Sequence record: ON113170.1
Length of the DNA stretch: 64,000 bases
DNA from: Enterococcus phage vB_OCPT_CCS1
Direction: 5' to 3' (one strand)
Part shown: positions 34,705-45,732 of the stretch, piece after piece
How positions within the stretch are numbered: the stretch's first letter is position 1
How the letters are laid out: each line of letters starts with the position of its first letter
Notes under the pieces: model-generated
Databases searched by the model: none
The model's input: the letters and a program-made list of their open reading frames with translations, nothing else
Told to the model about the DNA's origin: nothing
Program-made: the position numbers and the translations under genes

Positions 34705-35550
34705 ATGATACCAAGTTTAGACACTTACTTGTATAAAGAATTTGAAGAAAGACTGAGAATTATCTTAGAAGAGTGCTATATTATAGACGAAGCTTTGAAG
34801 GAGATAGATTCCCAAGCTTTAGAGACATTTAAAAACACTTACTGTTCAATTGACGGTAAGGCTCCAAAGAAAGAAATCGAAATGTCGTATTCTTTCCCAC
34901 AGGAGAAGCAGAACTTTAATGCTCGTTATGTGATTACACTAGGTGGGAGTGATGAGGAGAATAAGTCAATGGGTGGTATACAGGGAGGCTATACTTACCG
35001 AGAAGGTGATATAGTTAATGAAGCTGTTCAACTTGTCCGTAATGGAAAAGATTTAATTATGAACACAACAAAGCCTGTAGCTGATTTTTTGAATAGCCCA
35101 GATATTAGTTTTTCAGAAAGCGACCATTTCAGAATTGAAAACAACAAGCCTGTATTTGATTATTCCGGTAATGAACATTTAGAAGGTAAATCTTTTAATA
35201 TTGTTTATACTGTGAAAGAGTCTGATGAGGATGTAGCAGGTGTTTACAAAGGGTACCAATCCTCCGATACCGTAAACATTGTCGGAATTAGTACAAATAT
35301 GGACACTGCCCGCTGTCTAGATGCCATCGCAAGATTAATTCTTATTACGATGCGTGACAGCTTAGATGAGAAAACAGGATACATGCTACAGACATTACAC
35401 TTTGGAGACATGCAACCTGTAATTGAATCAGGTGAGACAGTAGTATTTGGTAGACCTTGTACAATCGGGTATAAAGTGACTAATTCTATTAGTTTTGATT
35501 TAAACCGACAAATACGAGAAATTATTACCAAAAGGAGGATGAAAGCCTAA
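34705..35550 (+). CDS. structural protein (281 aa)
   Basis: ORF track. Confidence 0.5.
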   Translation: MIPSLDTYLYKEFEERLRIILEECYIIDEALKEIDSQALETFKNTYCSIDGKAPKKEIEMSYSFPQEKQNFNARYVITLGGSDEENKSMGGIQGGYTYREGDIVNEAVQLVRNGKDLIMNTTKPVADFLNSPDISFSESDHFRIENNKPVFDYSGNEHLEGKSFNIVYTVKESDEDVAGVYKGYQSSDTVNIVGISTNMDTARCLDAIARLILITMRDSLDEKTGYMLQTLHFGDMQPVIESGETVVFGRPCTIGYKVTNSISFDLNRQIREIITKRRMKA

Positions 35551-35789
35551 TGGCAAAAGAAACAACAAAGACTAAACAAGAGAGTCCAAAGGAACAACCT
35601 AAAAAGGTTCCAAAGCCTAAAGGGTACGTTCATGTAGATACATTTTTGGGCTATGCACAAGTACTTTACGGATTGAGTAAGTATCAAGTAGCAGGCTTCA
35701 AAGCATTCATGGCAGGGAGAGAGTATCAGCACGATGATGCCGACTTTGTTCCGTTTTTGGAAAAGTATATAGGAAAGGAAGTTAAATAA
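35550..35789 (+). CDS. small structural protein (79 aa)
   Basis: Coupled ATGs. Confidence 0.45.
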   Translation: MAKETTKTKQESPKEQPKKVPKPKGYVHVDTFLGYAQVLYGLSKYQVAGFKAFMAGREYQHDDADFVPFLEKYIGKEVK

Positions 35790-35792
35790 TAA

Positions 35793-37502
35793 ATGGCTGT
35801 AGAACAATTCCCAAGAAAAAAAGTGTCCCGTCCACATACTGAAATTACTGTAGATACTTCTGGTATCGGTGGTGCATCTAACAGTTCTGAAAAAACATTA
35901 ATGTTAGTAGGTTCTGCTAAAGGTGGTAAACCTAATACAGTTTATCGTTTCCGTAACTACCAACAAGCTAAAGCTACATTACGTAGTGGTGAACTATTGG
36001 ATGCTATTGAATTAGCATGGAACGCTTCTGATGTGAACACTGCATCCGCAGGTGACATTTTAGCATTGCGTGTAGAAAATGCTACTAACGCAAAAATCAA
36101 AAAAGGTGGTTTAACCATCGCATCTACTATTTATGGTTTAGATGCAAACGAAATGCAAGTTGCTTTGGAAGACAATAGTTTAACAAATACTAAACGTCTG
36201 ACAATTGCATTTGCAAAAGACGGATACAACAAAGTATTCGATAACTTAGGTAAAATCTTCTCTATCAAGTATAAAGGAGACCAAGCACAAGCTTCCTTCT
36301 CTATTACAGAAGATAACATTACTAAGAAAGCAAATAAACTTATTCTAAGTGCAGGTGCTGAGGCTGATTCCCAAACTCCTGTAATGGAATATAGTTTAGG
36401 ACAAGGTGTTTACTCTGATACAAACGTATTAGTAAGTGCAATTAACAGTCTACCTGACTGGGAAGCTAAATTGTTCCCTATCGGAGATAAAAATGTACCT
36501 ACTGAAACATTTGATAAAGTAGAAAAAGCTGATGTTAAAACAGGTGAGAAATATGTTGAAGCTCTAGGCGGAGACATTGCTAAACAATTGGAATACAATG
36601 ACTATGTAACAGTAGAAATTGACCGTGCAACTCCAATTCAAGACTTTGCGTTAACTAACCTTTCTGGTGGTACAGATGGAACAGTTCCAGAATCTTGGGC
36701 TGACAAATTCCCTCTACTAGCTAATGAAGGTGGTTACTACTTAGTACCATTGACAGACAAACAAGCTGTTCATTCAGAAGCTTTAGCATTCGTTAAAGAC
36801 CGTACAGACAATGGAGACCCTATGCGTATCGTTGTTGGTGGTGGAACGAATGAAACAGTTGAAGAAAGCATTGCACGTGCTACAAACTTACGTGACCCAA
36901 GAGCTTCTGTAGTAGGATTCTCTGGAACTCGTAAAATGGATGATGGACGTTTGCTTAAATTACCGGGCTACATGATGGCTTCACAAATTGCAGGTATTGC
37001 AAGTGGGCTTGAAATCGGTGAAGCAATTACGTTTAAACACTTCACAGTAACAAGTGTAGACCGTATCTACGAAAGTGGTCAGTTAGACATGCTTAATGAA
37101 AGTGGTGTTATCGCTGTTGAGTATGTACGTAACCGTTCCTTAACTGCATTCCGTATCGTTCAAGACGTTACAACTTACAACGATAAAACAGACCCAGTTA
37201 AGAATGAAATGTCTGTTGGTGAAGCAAACGACTTCCTAGTATCTGAATTGAAGATTGAACTAGATAACAACTTCATTGGAACTAAAGTTGTAGATACAAG
37301 CGCAAGCTTGATTAAAAACTTCATCCAATCATTCCTAGATAAGAAAAAACGTGCTCGTGAAATCCAAGATTACACACCAGAAGAAGTACAAGTTGTTCTT
37401 GAAGGGGATGTAGCATCTATCAGCTTGACTGTAATGCCAATCCGTAGCTTGAACAAGATTACTGTACAACTAGTGTACAAACAACAAATCTTGACAGCAT
37501 AA
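35793..37502 (+). CDS. tail sheath protein
   Basis: 569 aa, immediately upstream of the tube gene. Confidence 0.7.
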   Translation: MAVEQFPRKKVSRPHTEITVDTSGIGGASNSSEKTLMLVGSAKGGKPNTVYRFRNYQQAKATLRSGELLDAIELAWNASDVNTASAGDILALRVENATNAKIKKGGLTIASTIYGLDANEMQVALEDNSLTNTKRLTIAFAKDGYNKVFDNLGKIFSIKYKGDQAQASFSITEDNITKKANKLILSAGAEADSQTPVMEYSLGQGVYSDTNVLVSAINSLPDWEAKLFPIGDKNVPTETFDKVEKADVKTGEKYVEALGGDIAKQLEYNDYVTVEIDRATPIQDFALTNLSGGTDGTVPESWADKFPLLANEGGYYLVPLTDKQAVHSEALAFVKDRTDNGDPMRIVVGGGTNETVEESIARATNLRDPRASVVGFSGTRKMDDGRLLKLPGYMMASQIAGIASGLEIGEAITFKHFTVTSVDRIYESGQLDMLNESGVIAVEYVRNRSLTAFRIVQDVTTYNDKTDPVKNEMSVGEANDFLVSELKIELDNNFIGTKVVDTSASLIKNFIQSFLDKKKRAREIQDYTPEEVQVVLEGDVASISLTVMPIRSLNKITVQLVYKQQILTA

Positions 37503-37567
37503 CAGGTCGGGGGCTTTTAGCCCCCTATACCTTACTAAAAATAATCTAAAATAGGAGTGAAACATAG

Positions 37568-37990
37568 ATGGCTAGCGTTGGAAATCAAACAGTCCACACA
37601 GGTAACACAGTTTACTTGATGATTGGTAACAAAATTATCGGACGTGCACAATCTGCATCTGGTGAACGTCAATACGGTACACAAGGTGTATACGAAATTG
37701 GTAGTATCATGCCACAAGAACACGTATACTTGAAATATGAAGGTACAATCAACCTTGAACGTATGCGTATGAAGAAAGAAGACTTAGCAAGCTTAGGTAT
37801 TACTGCTCTAGGTGAAGATATTCTTCAACGTGACATTATCGACATCGTAATGATGGATAACTTGACTAAAGAAATCGTTGTTGCTTACCGTGGATGCTCA
37901 GCTGTATCTTATAGTGAATCATTCACAGCTAACGAAATCACTAGTGAGTCCACTCAGTTCACGTACCTAACATCAGCGAAGGTAAAATAA
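37568..37990 (+). CDS. tail tube protein
   Basis: 140 aa after the sheath gene; strong RBS. Confidence 0.6.
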   Translation: MASVGNQTVHTGNTVYLMIGNKIIGRAQSASGERQYGTQGVYEIGSIMPQEHVYLKYEGTINLERMRMKKEDLASLGITALGEDILQRDIIDIVMMDNLTKEIVVAYRGCSAVSYSESFTANEITSESTQFTYLTSAKVK

Positions 37991-38002
37991 GTAGTGTAAA
38001 GT

Positions 38003-38033
38003 AGACCCTGTTTATTTGGGGTCTATTTTTTTT
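38003..38033 (+). terminator. rho-independent terminator after the tube gene
   Basis: AGACCC-TGTTTATTTG-GGGTCT plus T9. Confidence 0.55.
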
Positions 38034-38043
38034 ATTTTAGGTA

Positions 38044-38072
38044 TTGACAATTTGTATATGTATCTATATAAT
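38044..38072 (+). promoter_or_regulatory. consensus promoter TTGACA-17-TATAAT
   Basis: Perfect hexamers and spacing. Confidence 0.5.
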
Positions 38073-38247
38073 TAGTATTGTAGTTGGTATACATTTTCGA
38101 ACTTAATCTTTCTTATCTTTATCTTACACATGACCTAGCAGGAGTGCTAGGTCTATTTTTTTTGCTATCATAGAGCCAACTAACTAGTGTGCTATAATAA
38201 GTATAGAATGCTATATTAACTTATGAAAGACATAGGAGGAATAAGTA

Positions 38248-38721
38248 ATGACTGAAAAAGAAAACAAGGTTGACTTCCCTCAGCTTAACATGACTCGTGA
38301 ACAGCTTATTGAAAAGATTAACCGTGGGGAAAACCTAACAGATGAAGAAATTAATTTACTTAAATATCATAATGCAGAAGCAGAACATAAAGAACTTAAC
38401 CGAATTATTCCGGGAGTTAACAATGTGTTCTCAAAACACTATGATTTTAAAGAATTTGGATTGGAATTTGATATTAAAATCAAAGCCCCTAACGTTGTAC
38501 AACAAGGTAAAATTCAAGCAATGCGTGAGGCTTACCTAGAAGGTATGGGTATGGCAGTAAGTAACTTTATCTTCCAATGCTATCACACGTTAGCTACTAT
38601 ACGTGTCTGTGGTGTAGAGGTTCCAAAAGAGCTAGAAAGAGATGAAGATATTTATAACATCTATATCCTAAATGTAATCGGAAAGGACTTTGCGGAGTGG
38701 TTAAACTCCTTTCGATTCTAA
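38248..38721 (+). CDS. hypothetical protein (157 aa)
   Basis: Downstream of a consensus sigma70-type promoter. Confidence 0.5.
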   Translation: MTEKENKVDFPQLNMTREQLIEKINRGENLTDEEINLLKYHNAEAEHKELNRIIPGVNNVFSKHYDFKEFGLEFDIKIKAPNVVQQGKIQAMREAYLEGMGMAVSNFIFQCYHTLATIRVCGVEVPKELERDEDIYNIYILNVIGKDFAEWLNSFRF

Positions 38722-38776
38722 TTTAGAAAGTTTAGGGGGTATAAAAACCCTTGTTAGAAACAACTATAGCCGTAAC

Positions 38777-39370
38777 ATGTGGGCTATTATGAAGAAGTTT
38801 AATGTGTTACCTAGTGACCCTGCATGGCAAAATCTGACACATGAACAAATAGAATGGATTCTGTATAACATGGAAAGAGATGTTGAGGAAGAACAACGTA
38901 GAGCTAAAGGTCTTGCTCTTGAAGGTGAATACGAAGACTTAGATGCTTCTTGGTATGAAGTGCCTCATGAAGAGTTTAACCCTATACGTGAAGGTCATGA
39001 CGAAGCCGAGATTGCTCGTAAGCTTAATGAAATCACTACAGAAGAAGACATGGCTAAACTTAAAGCTCGTTGGGAAGCTAGTCAAGAAGTCGATGCAATC
39101 CGTGCCGAAGGTGGTACAACGATTGAAGAAGATACAATCAATGAACTTATTGCTAACAACGTGCAGAAAGCTATTGAAGAAGCTAAACGTATTGAGAAAC
39201 ATGGTGGTAATAAGTGGGGAGATAAAACCCCAATTGAATTAGAGGAAGAGCGTAAGAATTTAGAGTTTAAATCCCAACTTAAGCAAGATGATATTCAAGA
39301 TGCAATTGCTCTGTTCAATGGTGAGAAAGAAATTGAACCAACATCATTAGATGATGATTTTGTAATATAG
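38777..39370 (+). CDS. acidic protein, possible tail assembly chaperone
   Basis: Position immediately before the tape measure gene. Confidence 0.4.
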   Translation: MWAIMKKFNVLPSDPAWQNLTHEQIEWILYNMERDVEEEQRRAKGLALEGEYEDLDASWYEVPHEEFNPIREGHDEAEIARKLNEITTEEDMAKLKARWEASQEVDAIRAEGGTTIEEDTINELIANNVQKAIEEAKRIEKHGGNKWGDKTPIELEEERKNLEFKSQLKQDDIQDAIALFNGEKEIEPTSLDDDFVI

Positions 39371-39419
39371 GAGGGTAGGGTAAAACCCTACCTTTTCTTT
39401 GTAAAGGAAGTGTGGAAAT

Positions 39420-42400
39420 ATGGCTAACAACTATCGGTTTTATGTTGATGCAATGACTGGGGATGCCATTGCAAAATTAGAAGAAGTTAACAAGTTGATG
39501 GATAAAATTGACTCTAAAAGTGCAAAGGGTACCCAGAAGTTTTTCCATACAACTCAACGGGAAATAGACGAAGCAGTAGCCGATATGCAACGTCTTATCC
39601 AAATGAAAAAGGAACTAGATAGAAACTTTGAAAAACAAAGTTCTATGGCGGAAGCTACAGGTAGCATGACAGACTTTAAACGTGCACGTGCAAACCTAGA
39701 ACAGTTACAAAGTGAGTTCCAAAAAACACAAAATGAGTTCCAAAAGTTAGCAAGCATGAAAGCTAACCCGAACTTTACGAATAAAACAGCTTTAAAAGAA
39801 CAAAGAGCATATAGAGAAGAGTTAACCGAGCAAGAAAAAGCCCTCCAAGCAATCAAGAAAGCTCAACAAGAATTAAACCATGTAAACTCTCGTGTAAACT
39901 ATAGAGCACGCCAAGCTACCTCCACAGGAAGAATGACCCACAATCAATCTGAAAGTATGAAGAAGGATTTAGGTGGTGTTGGTCTATATTCAGATACACA
40001 ACGAGAAAACAAGGAACGACAAGCTCAATTAAGAGAACAATACCGTAGACGACAAGAAGAACTATCGCAAGTACGTTCTGACACAAACTTAGATAGACAG
40101 GTTCGTAAGAACAGAGAGACATCTATTTTAGAGGAAATCAAAGGTATTGAACAAGAGATTGAAGCTCGTAAGAAATTTAATCAGACCTTGAATGATACTA
40201 TTGAGAACTTAAAAGCTAAAACAGAACAGTTAAACAATAGCAATGTCAAAGTAGAGGCGGATAGGAACTCCACTGCGGGCGTTATAGCTTCTCGTGCTCC
40301 ATCTATAGCCATTGCAGGTATAGGCTCTGCTATGGCGGCAATGGGAGGCTTATACGCTAAAGGAGCTACTGCTAATGCGGGTATGCGTGATTCAACTATC
40401 TCTTTAGGGCAACGTACAGGTAATGGTGACTTCCGTGCTATCCGTAAAGAAGCTCAAACGATGGGTATTGAGAAGCAACTTGGATATAAAGGGGCTGATA
40501 TGCTTCAATTCCAAGAAGATGCGTTAAGTAATATCGGATTTACCAACAAAGAAGACTTAACATCCAATACTAGAGCTTTAGCAGAAGGTTCACGTGCAGT
40601 TCCTGTTGATTCTGAAACCTTAAGCGGGTTTATGAACGACCAAATGCGTAGAGGCGCTGTGAGCGGTAAAGACCAAATTAAAGCGATTCAAGAAGGTTTC
40701 TTAGGGGCTATCCAAAAATCTGGTATGGTAGGTCGTGAAAAAGAGCAGTTAAATGCTTTGAAAACATTAAGTGACCAATCATTTAGTGGACGTAACGGTA
40801 GCAATGAGGAACTTAAACAACAAATGGCTATGCTTACGTTGTTGAATAAAACTGGTTCTCGTGCCGTTCAAGGTGAAGAGGGTGCTGAATTGATGACTAG
40901 CTTATCAGCAGGTATCCAAAACAGTATCTGGAATAACAAAGCCTCCCTACTTTTGGGTAAAGGTACAAAATACCAAGGTGGCGAGGGTATGTACGCTTTA
41001 AAAGGCAAAGTTGAAGAAGGAGCTACTGCGGAAAATGTAGGAGCTATTATTGGAAGTGTACAGCAATCTGGAGGTAGTGAGGACTATCAAAAATTTACAT
41101 TTGCTTCGGCTCTCCATGAATTGTTTGGAACTGATGCGAAAAACGACCAGATAGATGCTATGTGGAAAGCCTATGCAAATGGCAATCTAAATGAAGAAAA
41201 TATCAATAAGATTATGAATGAAAGCCAGTCTACTGGTAAGGACAAGTACAAGAAGAATGCAGATGACTATGCTAACTCTAAAGAGGGTATGGCTAACCGT
41301 TCCGAAGCAGTAACTGAGAAACAAGCTTCTGGTATTAATGATTATGGTGATGCTCTACGAGGAATTAACTCTAAACTAGGAGGAATCCCACCGGGTATGT
41401 ATGCTCTAGGCGCAGGTATGGGTGCCTTAGCAACTGCCTTGATTACTTCTGGTGGTATGTCTTTATTCTCTGGTAAAATAAAACAGGGTATAGGTACGAT
41501 GTTCTCAACAGGAACTACAACAGCCGGAGCAGGCAGTGCAGGCGGTTCATTCTTCAAAGGTGTAGGGCAAGCCTTTAAATCAGGTAAGGCTACTGGTGGA
41601 TGGTCAGCAGGTCTTAAGAATGCAGGTAGTACAGCTAAGGACTTAGCAGGTGCAAATATTGCTAGTGCTGATAGTATCGCAGGAGTTACTAAAGCAGGCT
41701 CTATGGCAGGTAAAGTCGGTAAAGTGGCGGGTAAGGTAGCTTTACCACTTGCTTTAGTAGGTTCCGCAATTGATATTGCAAGCTCAGATGACAAAGTAAA
41801 ATCTGTCGGAGAGAATGCCGGAGGTTTAGCAGGTGGGTTTGCCGGAGCTAAACTAGGTGCTTTAGCAGGTACAGCTATTATGCCGGGTGTTGGTACAGTT
41901 ATCGGTGGTGCTATAGGTGCTATCGGAGGTAGCTTAATTGGTAATAAAGCCGGTGGTGGTTTAGTAGATGGCGTTCGTAAGTTCTTTGGTGGAGAGGAAG
42001 CTTATGCAGACGAAGTAGATACAGGTACTTCCGCAGGTGGACAAAAAACGCTTAAGGGACAAGAGAACAAATCTGGTAAACAGGAAGAACGAGACATGGC
42101 AAACAAACATGTCCTTTCTGAAAAAACACGTGCTGAAAATAATGCTGAGGAAGCAACCAACTTGTCTATTTACTCAAAATTACTTGACAGAGCACAACGA
42201 ATATTAAACCAAGCTAGAAATCAAAATGGTATCTTTGGTAACTCTAAAGGTGCTAATAGTTCTAGTGATAGTGGTGGTATCGGTGATGACCCTGCAAGTA
42301 AAGATTTTGGTGGAGACTGGGAAAAAGCCATCCGTCAAGCTTCTAAGCAACTTGGGGTAGACGTTACTGACCAAGATGTGGACACATTACTTAAACTGAT

Positions 42401-43064
42401 TCAAGCAGAGTCTAATGGTGATGAAAAAGCTGTCCAACAAATCATTGATGAGAATAACTTCAATGGCTCTGGTGGTGCTAAAGGACTTCTACAATATATC
42501 CAATCTACATTCGATGCTTACAAAGTAAACGGACACGATGACATCATGAGTGGTTATGACCAACTACTAGCGTTCTTTAACAATAGTAACTGGCAAAAAG
42601 ACCTAAGCTCATGGAATAATCGTTACCAAAATGGTAGTACGGGCTGGGGTCCAACGGGTAGTAAGACTCACGCAATGGGTGGACATATCACTTCTCCGGA
42701 ACATGCCTTACTTGGTGAGGTACCGGGACAAGATGAATATGTTATTAACCCGCACCAACCTACAGCTCCTAGACTATTAGCAGAAGCTACTCGTAAAACT
42801 GCACAGAAATTCCGTTTGTTTGGTAATGGTTCTGGGGATAACTGGTCTTCTCGTGTAGGTGGAATTAGCCTATCAGGTTCCGGTAATTCAGCGCAGTCAC
42901 CAACATTAAACAATACGAACGAAGTTAAGGTTAATGTAACTGTTCAAGGTGGCGGAACTTCTGAAAGTATTGCTAATGAAATTGGTAATAAGACAGCAGG
43001 TAAGATTCTGCAATCAGTCGATGATGCAATGAGTTTCTTTACAAAAGAAATGAAACGAGTTTAA
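39420..43064 (+). CDS. tail tape measure protein with C-terminal lytic transglycosylase (SLT) domain
   Basis: 1214 aa; coiled-coil N-terminus; Gly-rich TM region; SLT motifs AESNGDEK...GAKGLLQYIQSTF. Confidence 0.8.
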   Translation: MANNYRFYVDAMTGDAIAKLEEVNKLMDKIDSKSAKGTQKFFHTTQREIDEAVADMQRLIQMKKELDRNFEKQSSMAEATGSMTDFKRARANLEQLQSEFQKTQNEFQKLASMKANPNFTNKTALKEQRAYREELTEQEKALQAIKKAQQELNHVNSRVNYRARQATSTGRMTHNQSESMKKDLGGVGLYSDTQRENKERQAQLREQYRRRQEELSQVRSDTNLDRQVRKNRETSILEEIKGIEQEIEARKKFNQTLNDTIENLKAKTEQLNNSNVKVEADRNSTAGVIASRAPSIAIAGIGSAMAAMGGLYAKGATANAGMRDSTISLGQRTGNGDFRAIRKEAQTMGIEKQLGYKGADMLQFQEDALSNIGFTNKEDLTSNTRALAEGSRAVPVDSETLSGFMNDQMRRGAVSGKDQIKAIQEGFLGAIQKSGMVGREKEQLNALKTLSDQSFSGRNGSNEELKQQMAMLTLLNKTGSRAVQGEEGAELMTSLSAGIQNSIWNNKASLLLGKGTKYQGGEGMYALKGKVEEGATAENVGAIIGSVQQSGGSEDYQKFTFASALHELFGTDAKNDQIDAMWKAYANGNLNEENINKIMNESQSTGKDKYKKNADDYANSKEGMANRSEAVTEKQASGINDYGDALRGINSKLGGIPPGMYALGAGMGALATALITSGGMSLFSGKIKQGIGTMFSTGTTTAGAGSAGGSFFKGVGQAFKSGKATGGWSAGLKNAGSTAKDLAGANIASADSIAGVTKAGSMAGKVGKVAGKVALPLALVGSAIDIASSDDKVKSVGENAGGLAGGFAGAKLGALAGTAIMPGVGTVIGGAIGAIGGSLIGNKAGGGLVDGVRKFFGGEEAYADEVDTGTSAGGQKTLKGQENKSGKQEERDMANKHVLSEKTRAENNAEEATNLSIYSKLLDRAQRILNQARNQNGIFGNSKGANSSSDSGGIGDDPASKDFGGDWEKAIRQASKQLGVDVTDQDVDTLLKLIQAESNGDEKAVQQIIDENNFNGSGGAKGLLQYIQSTFDAYKVNGHDDIMSGYDQLLAFFNNSNWQKDLSSWNNRYQNGSTGWGPTGSKTHAMGGHITSPEHALLGEVPGQDEYVINPHQPTAPRLLAEATRKTAQKFRLFGNGSGDNWSSRVGGISLSGSGNSAQSPTLNNTNEVKVNVTVQGGGTSESIANEIGNKTAGKILQSVDDAMSFFTKEMKRV

Positions 43065-43072
43065 GAAAACTA

Positions 43073-43099
43073 GGGGGACTCGTTCCCCCTTTATTTATT
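43073..43099 (+). terminator. terminator after the tape measure gene
   Basis: GGGGGA-CTCGT-TCCCCC plus TTTATTTATT. Confidence 0.45.
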
Positions 43100-43113
43100 G
43101 AAGGAGGTAAACT

Positions 43114-45633
43114 ATGGCGGTAGAATTACGTTATCCTAGATTTAACCTAGCGTTTTATACAGAAAAAGACGAATACCATATTACGTATGATGCACAGACA
43201 GGTGAATCTAATACTTCTGTAGTAAACAAAGATAACGATTCAGAAGTTTCTAATAACTTTATGATTGAGTCTGTTATTAGTTTAACAACAAAAAATGCAA
43301 TGGAAGACGATAGTGCGGTCTTTTCTTTTGTTCTAGCCGGAGATGTATACTGGGACAGAATTTTAAAAGCTAACGATGCAGTTGTACTACGACTTTATCC
43401 TGATATAACCAGTGACCTACCTGTTAACCCAGTCTTACTAGTCGGGTTAATTTCAGAAGTGCGACTTGAAGGAGACTATGGGGAGAACTCTAAGATGTAT
43501 CGTATCACAGGTCAATCCTTTGCTAAGGCTTTAATGCAGTTTGACTTAGGTGTTATCCAAGAAGTAAGTGTTGTATTAACTGATATTGGTTGGCTCCCTG
43601 ATGATGCCCAAGAAGGGGTTAAAATGACAGGTAGAAGCGCCAGTCAGCTAGCAGAAGGAATGATGAACCGTTTCTTGCAATACATGAAATTCGATTTTAA
43701 TGGTAAAGGGTTAGAACGATTTTTAGAGTGGGAGCTGGATAGTTGGACAGAAGCTGAGCGTTTGATAGATAATACCCCGTATATTAACTATGAGGGTTCT
43801 CTAAAACAACTGTTAGATGACATCACAGCTAAACCATTCAATGAGCTATTCTTTGATGCTACACCAGAAAACAGATGTCGAATGGTTATGCGTAGAACAC
43901 CATTTGATAAAGCAGACTGGGAAAACTTGACTACGTATACTGTAACGTCTAAAGAAGTTATTTCTGAGTCAGTAGCAACAAATGATACAGAAGCCTATTC
44001 TATCTTTAATATTTCTATAAATAACCTTTATGGTACAGACTCTATGATGCTTGGTTCTAAACCACAGGTATTCCCCGCTTTAGTTAACAAATATGGCTAT
44101 AAGAAGCTAGAAGTTGATAACAAATATTTACAGGGTGCAATTGTAGATAGTGGGGATAATGCAGATAGTGCTGATACAAATACAGATGGGGATACAGAAA
44201 CTAACGAAGATACCGCTACAGAAAGACGTACAACTAGAGACAAAGATACGAATGAATCTAGTGCGTTTGATACGACTTATGGCACAGTAATGAACTATCT
44301 ACGTGGTTACCCATTAGACATCTTAAGGGTGAAACGTGGTAATGTGCGAGCTAAGATACTTCAAGTAGACAGACGTATCACAGGGACAATGGCAGACAAA
44401 ATCATTGACCAGTATATCATGACACAGAGCTTGACAAAAGAGCAGTTCACGGATATAACTGGTATCAACGAAAAGAATGCTAGCAAAGGTAACGGGAAAG
44501 AAAAACCTACCTACAAAAAAATTGTAAAATTCTTAGAAGATTACAAGGATGAAGCGGATAATAAGGAAACTACTACTATTAAGAATGAGCTTATGAATAA
44601 GTTCAACTTAACAGACAATCAAGCTACATCCATTGCTAGTGAATTTGTAGGTCAAAAAAGTTTACGTAAAACTAGATACGATGAAATCATGAAAAATAAC
44701 CCAAGTGATAGTACAACAGTTTCTGGTTCTGATACAAAGTATGTAAAAGAGTTTACAAAACGGTTGGCTAACTGGTACTGTGAGAATCCTAACTTTTATA
44801 GTGGAGATATTGTAGTTAAGGGTAGCCCAGACTATCGTTTAGGTGGAAGACTATTCGTAGTAGATGAACAGAATAACGAATTGTGGGAATATTACATTGA
44901 ATCCGTAGAGCACACTTTCTCCTACACACAAGGTTACACGACAACTTTAGGAGTTACTCGTGGTCTTAAAAATGGTGGTAAAGACCGTTTCACCCATCTT
45001 TGGGGCAAGTCAGAAGACTTCTCAGGAGGTATGTTAGGTGAAAAGACTTTAGAAGCTTTACTAGAAGACCAAGAAAAGAAAAACAATGAAAACAATAGTA
45101 ATTCTGGCTCTAGCGGTGGTTCAAGTGGTAGCACAAACCCATCGAATATCCCGGGTGGTACAGTAGCTATGAAAGCTGTAAACTGGGGACGTTCTCATTC
45201 TAAGACGGAATCTTCCTTTAGGTCTGCATACGACTGGGGAGGCGGACGTACAGGTAGAGACCCATTTGAAAGCTCTCCTATTGCCACTGACTGTTCTTCA
45301 TTTGTATGGTGGTGTTTTAAACATGCAGGTGTAGAATTAAATGGTGGGGCAACTGGGATGACTACATGGAGTATTATTGCGGATACGAAACTTGAAACAA
45401 TAGCTACCCGTGGTCAAAAGAACTCTGCTATTTTTGATAAGATGAAAGCAGGAGACATTATCTGGTTCCGTAACTGTGAGCATATTGGAATTTACTGTGG
45501 TGAAGGAAAAATGGTTGCATGTAATGGTTCAGGTAATATGAATGAAAGCCCTACAGCCGGTATTATTGTGTCAGACATGACAAGTGGATACTGGTGGGAC
45601 ACATTCGATGGAGACGTAAAAAGATACAACTAA
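43114..45633 (+). CDS. tail-associated lysin with C-terminal NlpC/P60 cysteine peptidase domain
   Basis: 839 aa; DCSSFVWWCF...EHIGIYCGEGKMV (Cys/His catalytic pair). Confidence 0.7.
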   Translation: MAVELRYPRFNLAFYTEKDEYHITYDAQTGESNTSVVNKDNDSEVSNNFMIESVISLTTKNAMEDDSAVFSFVLAGDVYWDRILKANDAVVLRLYPDITSDLPVNPVLLVGLISEVRLEGDYGENSKMYRITGQSFAKALMQFDLGVIQEVSVVLTDIGWLPDDAQEGVKMTGRSASQLAEGMMNRFLQYMKFDFNGKGLERFLEWELDSWTEAERLIDNTPYINYEGSLKQLLDDITAKPFNELFFDATPENRCRMVMRRTPFDKADWENLTTYTVTSKEVISESVATNDTEAYSIFNISINNLYGTDSMMLGSKPQVFPALVNKYGYKKLEVDNKYLQGAIVDSGDNADSADTNTDGDTETNEDTATERRTTRDKDTNESSAFDTTYGTVMNYLRGYPLDILRVKRGNVRAKILQVDRRITGTMADKIIDQYIMTQSLTKEQFTDITGINEKNASKGNGKEKPTYKKIVKFLEDYKDEADNKETTTIKNELMNKFNLTDNQATSIASEFVGQKSLRKTRYDEIMKNNPSDSTTVSGSDTKYVKEFTKRLANWYCENPNFYSGDIVVKGSPDYRLGGRLFVVDEQNNELWEYYIESVEHTFSYTQGYTTTLGVTRGLKNGGKDRFTHLWGKSEDFSGGMLGEKTLEALLEDQEKKNNENNSNSGSSGGSSGSTNPSNIPGGTVAMKAVNWGRSHSKTESSFRSAYDWGGGRTGRDPFESSPIATDCSSFVWWCFKHAGVELNGGATGMTTWSIIADTKLETIATRGQKNSAIFDKMKAGDIIWFRNCEHIGIYCGEGKMVACNGSGNMNESPTAGIIVSDMTSGYWWDTFDGDVKRYN

Positions 45634-45657
45634 CCTCGTTAATAGCGAGGTTTTTTT
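45634..45657 (+). terminator. rho-independent terminator after the tail lysin gene
   Basis: CCTCG-TTAATAG-CGAGG plus T7. Confidence 0.55.
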
Positions 45658-45683
45658 ACTGTAAAAAACAAAACTAGTATGTG

Positions 45684-45693
45684 TGCTATAATA
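45684..45693 (+). promoter_or_regulatory. TGCTATAATA motif upstream of the giant tail gene
   Basis: Recurrent decamer. Confidence 0.35.
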
Positions 45694-45732
45694 TTAAGTA
45701 GAGACACATACAAGAGAAAGGATGGTATCAAC

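Noticed and set aside
41342-41794. 150-aa minus-strand Ala/Pro-rich ORF
   Set aside because: Antisense to the Gly-rich part of the tape measure gene
45679-45732. ORF-track ATG start of the giant tail gene at 45679
   Set aside because: The ATG overlaps the TGTGCTATAATA promoter, so it would lie upstream of the transcription start; the in-frame TTG at 45733 with RBS is preferred
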